Assembly (NCBI RefSeq): GCF_006345805.1
Contig: NW_021828528.1
Coordinates: 1-8,144 of the forward strand
DNA: 8,144 nt
Direction: 5' to 3'
Source: Octopus sinensis
Lineage: Eukaryota
Positions 7,202 through 8,144 of this stretch are shown in pieces (positions within the stretch are counted from its first letter, which is position 1; every line of letters starts with the position of its first letter). A program made the translations under genes and the position numbers. Below the pieces are notes generated by a model, which had not been told where the DNA came from, made no database searches, and saw only the letters and a program-made list of their open reading frames with translations.

Positions 7202-7286
7202 ATATATAAATACATACATACATATATATATACATATACACATAATATAAATAAATATATACATACATATCTATATATATATATAT
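7202..7286. repeat. (TA)n/(TACA)n microsatellite
   Basis: Read directly from the sequence. Confidence 0.9.
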
Positions 7287-7366
7287 GAAGAATATGTCCT
7301 GAACCTTTAAGGTAGTGCTCCAGCGTGACCACATTCAGAAGATTGAAACAAGTAATAGAATAAAAT
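7287..7366 (+). mobile_element. SINE-A 3' tail fragment
   Basis: GAAGAATATGTCCTG...GGTAGTGCTCCAGCGTGACCACA...TTGAAACAAGTAATAGAATAAAA aligns with 7676-7770 with an internal gap. Confidence 0.75.
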
Positions 7367-7375
7367 TATGCATTG

Positions 7376-7770
7376 GTGTAGGAGTGGCTGTGTGGTAAGT
7401 AGCTTGCTTACCAACCACATGGTTCCGGGATCAGTCCCACTGCGTGGCATCTTCGGCAAGTGTCTTCTGCTATAGCCCGTGGCCGACTAATGCCTTGTGA
7501 GTGGATTTGGTAGACAGAAACTGAAAGAAGCTCGTCGTATATATGTATATATATGAGTGTGCGTGTATATGCTTGTGTGTGTGTGTGTCCAACATCGCTT
7601 GACAACCGATGCTGGTGTGTTTACGTAACTTAGCAGTTCGGCAAAAGAGACCGATAGAATAAGTACTAGGCTTACAAAGAAAATGTCCTGGTGTCGATTT
7701 GCTCGACTATAGGTGGTGCTCCAGCGTGGCCACAGTCAAATAATTGAAACAAATAAAAGAGTAAAGAATA
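7376..7770 (+). mobile_element. Full-length tRNA-type SINE (family A) with an internal microsatellite
   Basis: A box TGGCTGTGTGG (7385-7395), B-box-like GGATCAGTCCC (7428-7438), CORE-like GGCAAGTGTC segment, internal (TA)/(TG) tract at ~7538-7588, and tail GGTGGTGCTCCAGCGTGGCCACAGTC...GAAAC-AAATAAAAGAGTAAAG. Resembles octopus tRNA-derived SINEs; named family not assigned. Confidence 0.9.
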
Positions 7771-7960
7771 TACAAACAGGTGTGTGTGTGTATGTGTATC
7801 CATGTATAAACATACATATGGATAAATACATATATATGTGTGTGTGTATATATAGATATACATGTGTGTATGTATGGGTATATATATGTAAGGAAGTGTG
7901 TGTATATATATATATATATATGTCTGCACACACACACACACACTCACATACATTCATTGA
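7771..7960. repeat. Compound (TG)n/(TA)n/(CA)n microsatellite
   Basis: Read directly from the sequence. Confidence 0.92.
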
Positions 7961-8090
7961 TATTATGCCTTTGGCTGATCAGAAAATTGTGATCCTTTTG
8001 TTAGAAGAAAATTGAAGAAAACCCCTCATATAATATATATATATACACATACATATATACATATATATAATATTCACACACACACACACA

Positions 8091-8144
8091 CATCATCATC
8101 ATCATCATCGTTTAACGTCCGTTTTCCGCGCTAGCACGGGTTGG
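8091..8144 (-). mobile_element. RTE-A 3' end with (GAT)n tail, runs off the window
   Basis: (CAT)6 CGTTTAACGTCCGTTTTCCGCGCTAGCACGGGTTGG, homologous to 876-918 and 2598-2650. Preceded by (TA)n/(CA)n at ~8030-8090. Confidence 0.88.

Noticed and set aside
7381-7445. tRNA gene (also 4161-4245 and 4390-4445)
   Set aside because: A/B-box-like motifs are present but no cloverleaf could be built, and each continues into SINE body sequence.
65-8015. Many ORF-track entries rich in Y/I/C/V/H/T (e.g. 65..514, 834..1088, 2005..2337, 4550..4747, 4905..5408, 5071..5448, 7672..7953)
   Set aside because: They are translations of (TA)n, (CA)n and (TG)n microsatellites, which lack stop codons. No domain motifs.
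1-8144. Hammerhead or HDV-like ribozymes associated with the LINEs
   Set aside because: No CTGATGA...GAAA core with flanking stems was found by eye. All LINEs here are 5'-truncated, so the usual 5' UTR site is absent. An Infernal search would be decisive.

Overview
Eukaryotic, repeat-saturated non-genic DNA with no supportable host protein-coding gene. It is (TA)n/(CA)n microsatellite interleaved with non-LTR retrotransposon debris. The SINE and LINE types resemble those I recall from octopus genomes; this is inference, not a database result. Contents: (1) a ~240 bp foldback palindrome at 14-254; (2) CR1-group LINE pieces at 504-826 (+), 1371-1495 (+, YADDTK) and a 1.7 kb 5'-truncated RT copy at 5486-7201 (-); (3) two RTE-clade LINE families: RTE-A, with a long structured 3' UTR and (GAT)n tail, seen four times, and RTE-B, nested inside RTE-A with a 10 bp target-site duplication; (4) three tRNA-type SINE families, labelled A, B and C here; (5) a local tandem duplication (1823-~2540 vs 4446-~5125, plus a partial third copy). 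The most notable structures are a multi-level nested insertion stack inside one SINE's internal microsatellite, a repeat-spacer hairpin array in the RTE-A 3' UTR, a 3'-end architecture shared between SINE-A and the CR1-group LINEs, and a CR1 copy whose frameshifts all look like homopolymer deletions. I see no evidence for a new multi-gene system; the novelty here is retroelement architecture. Most ORFs in the track are microsatellite artefacts.
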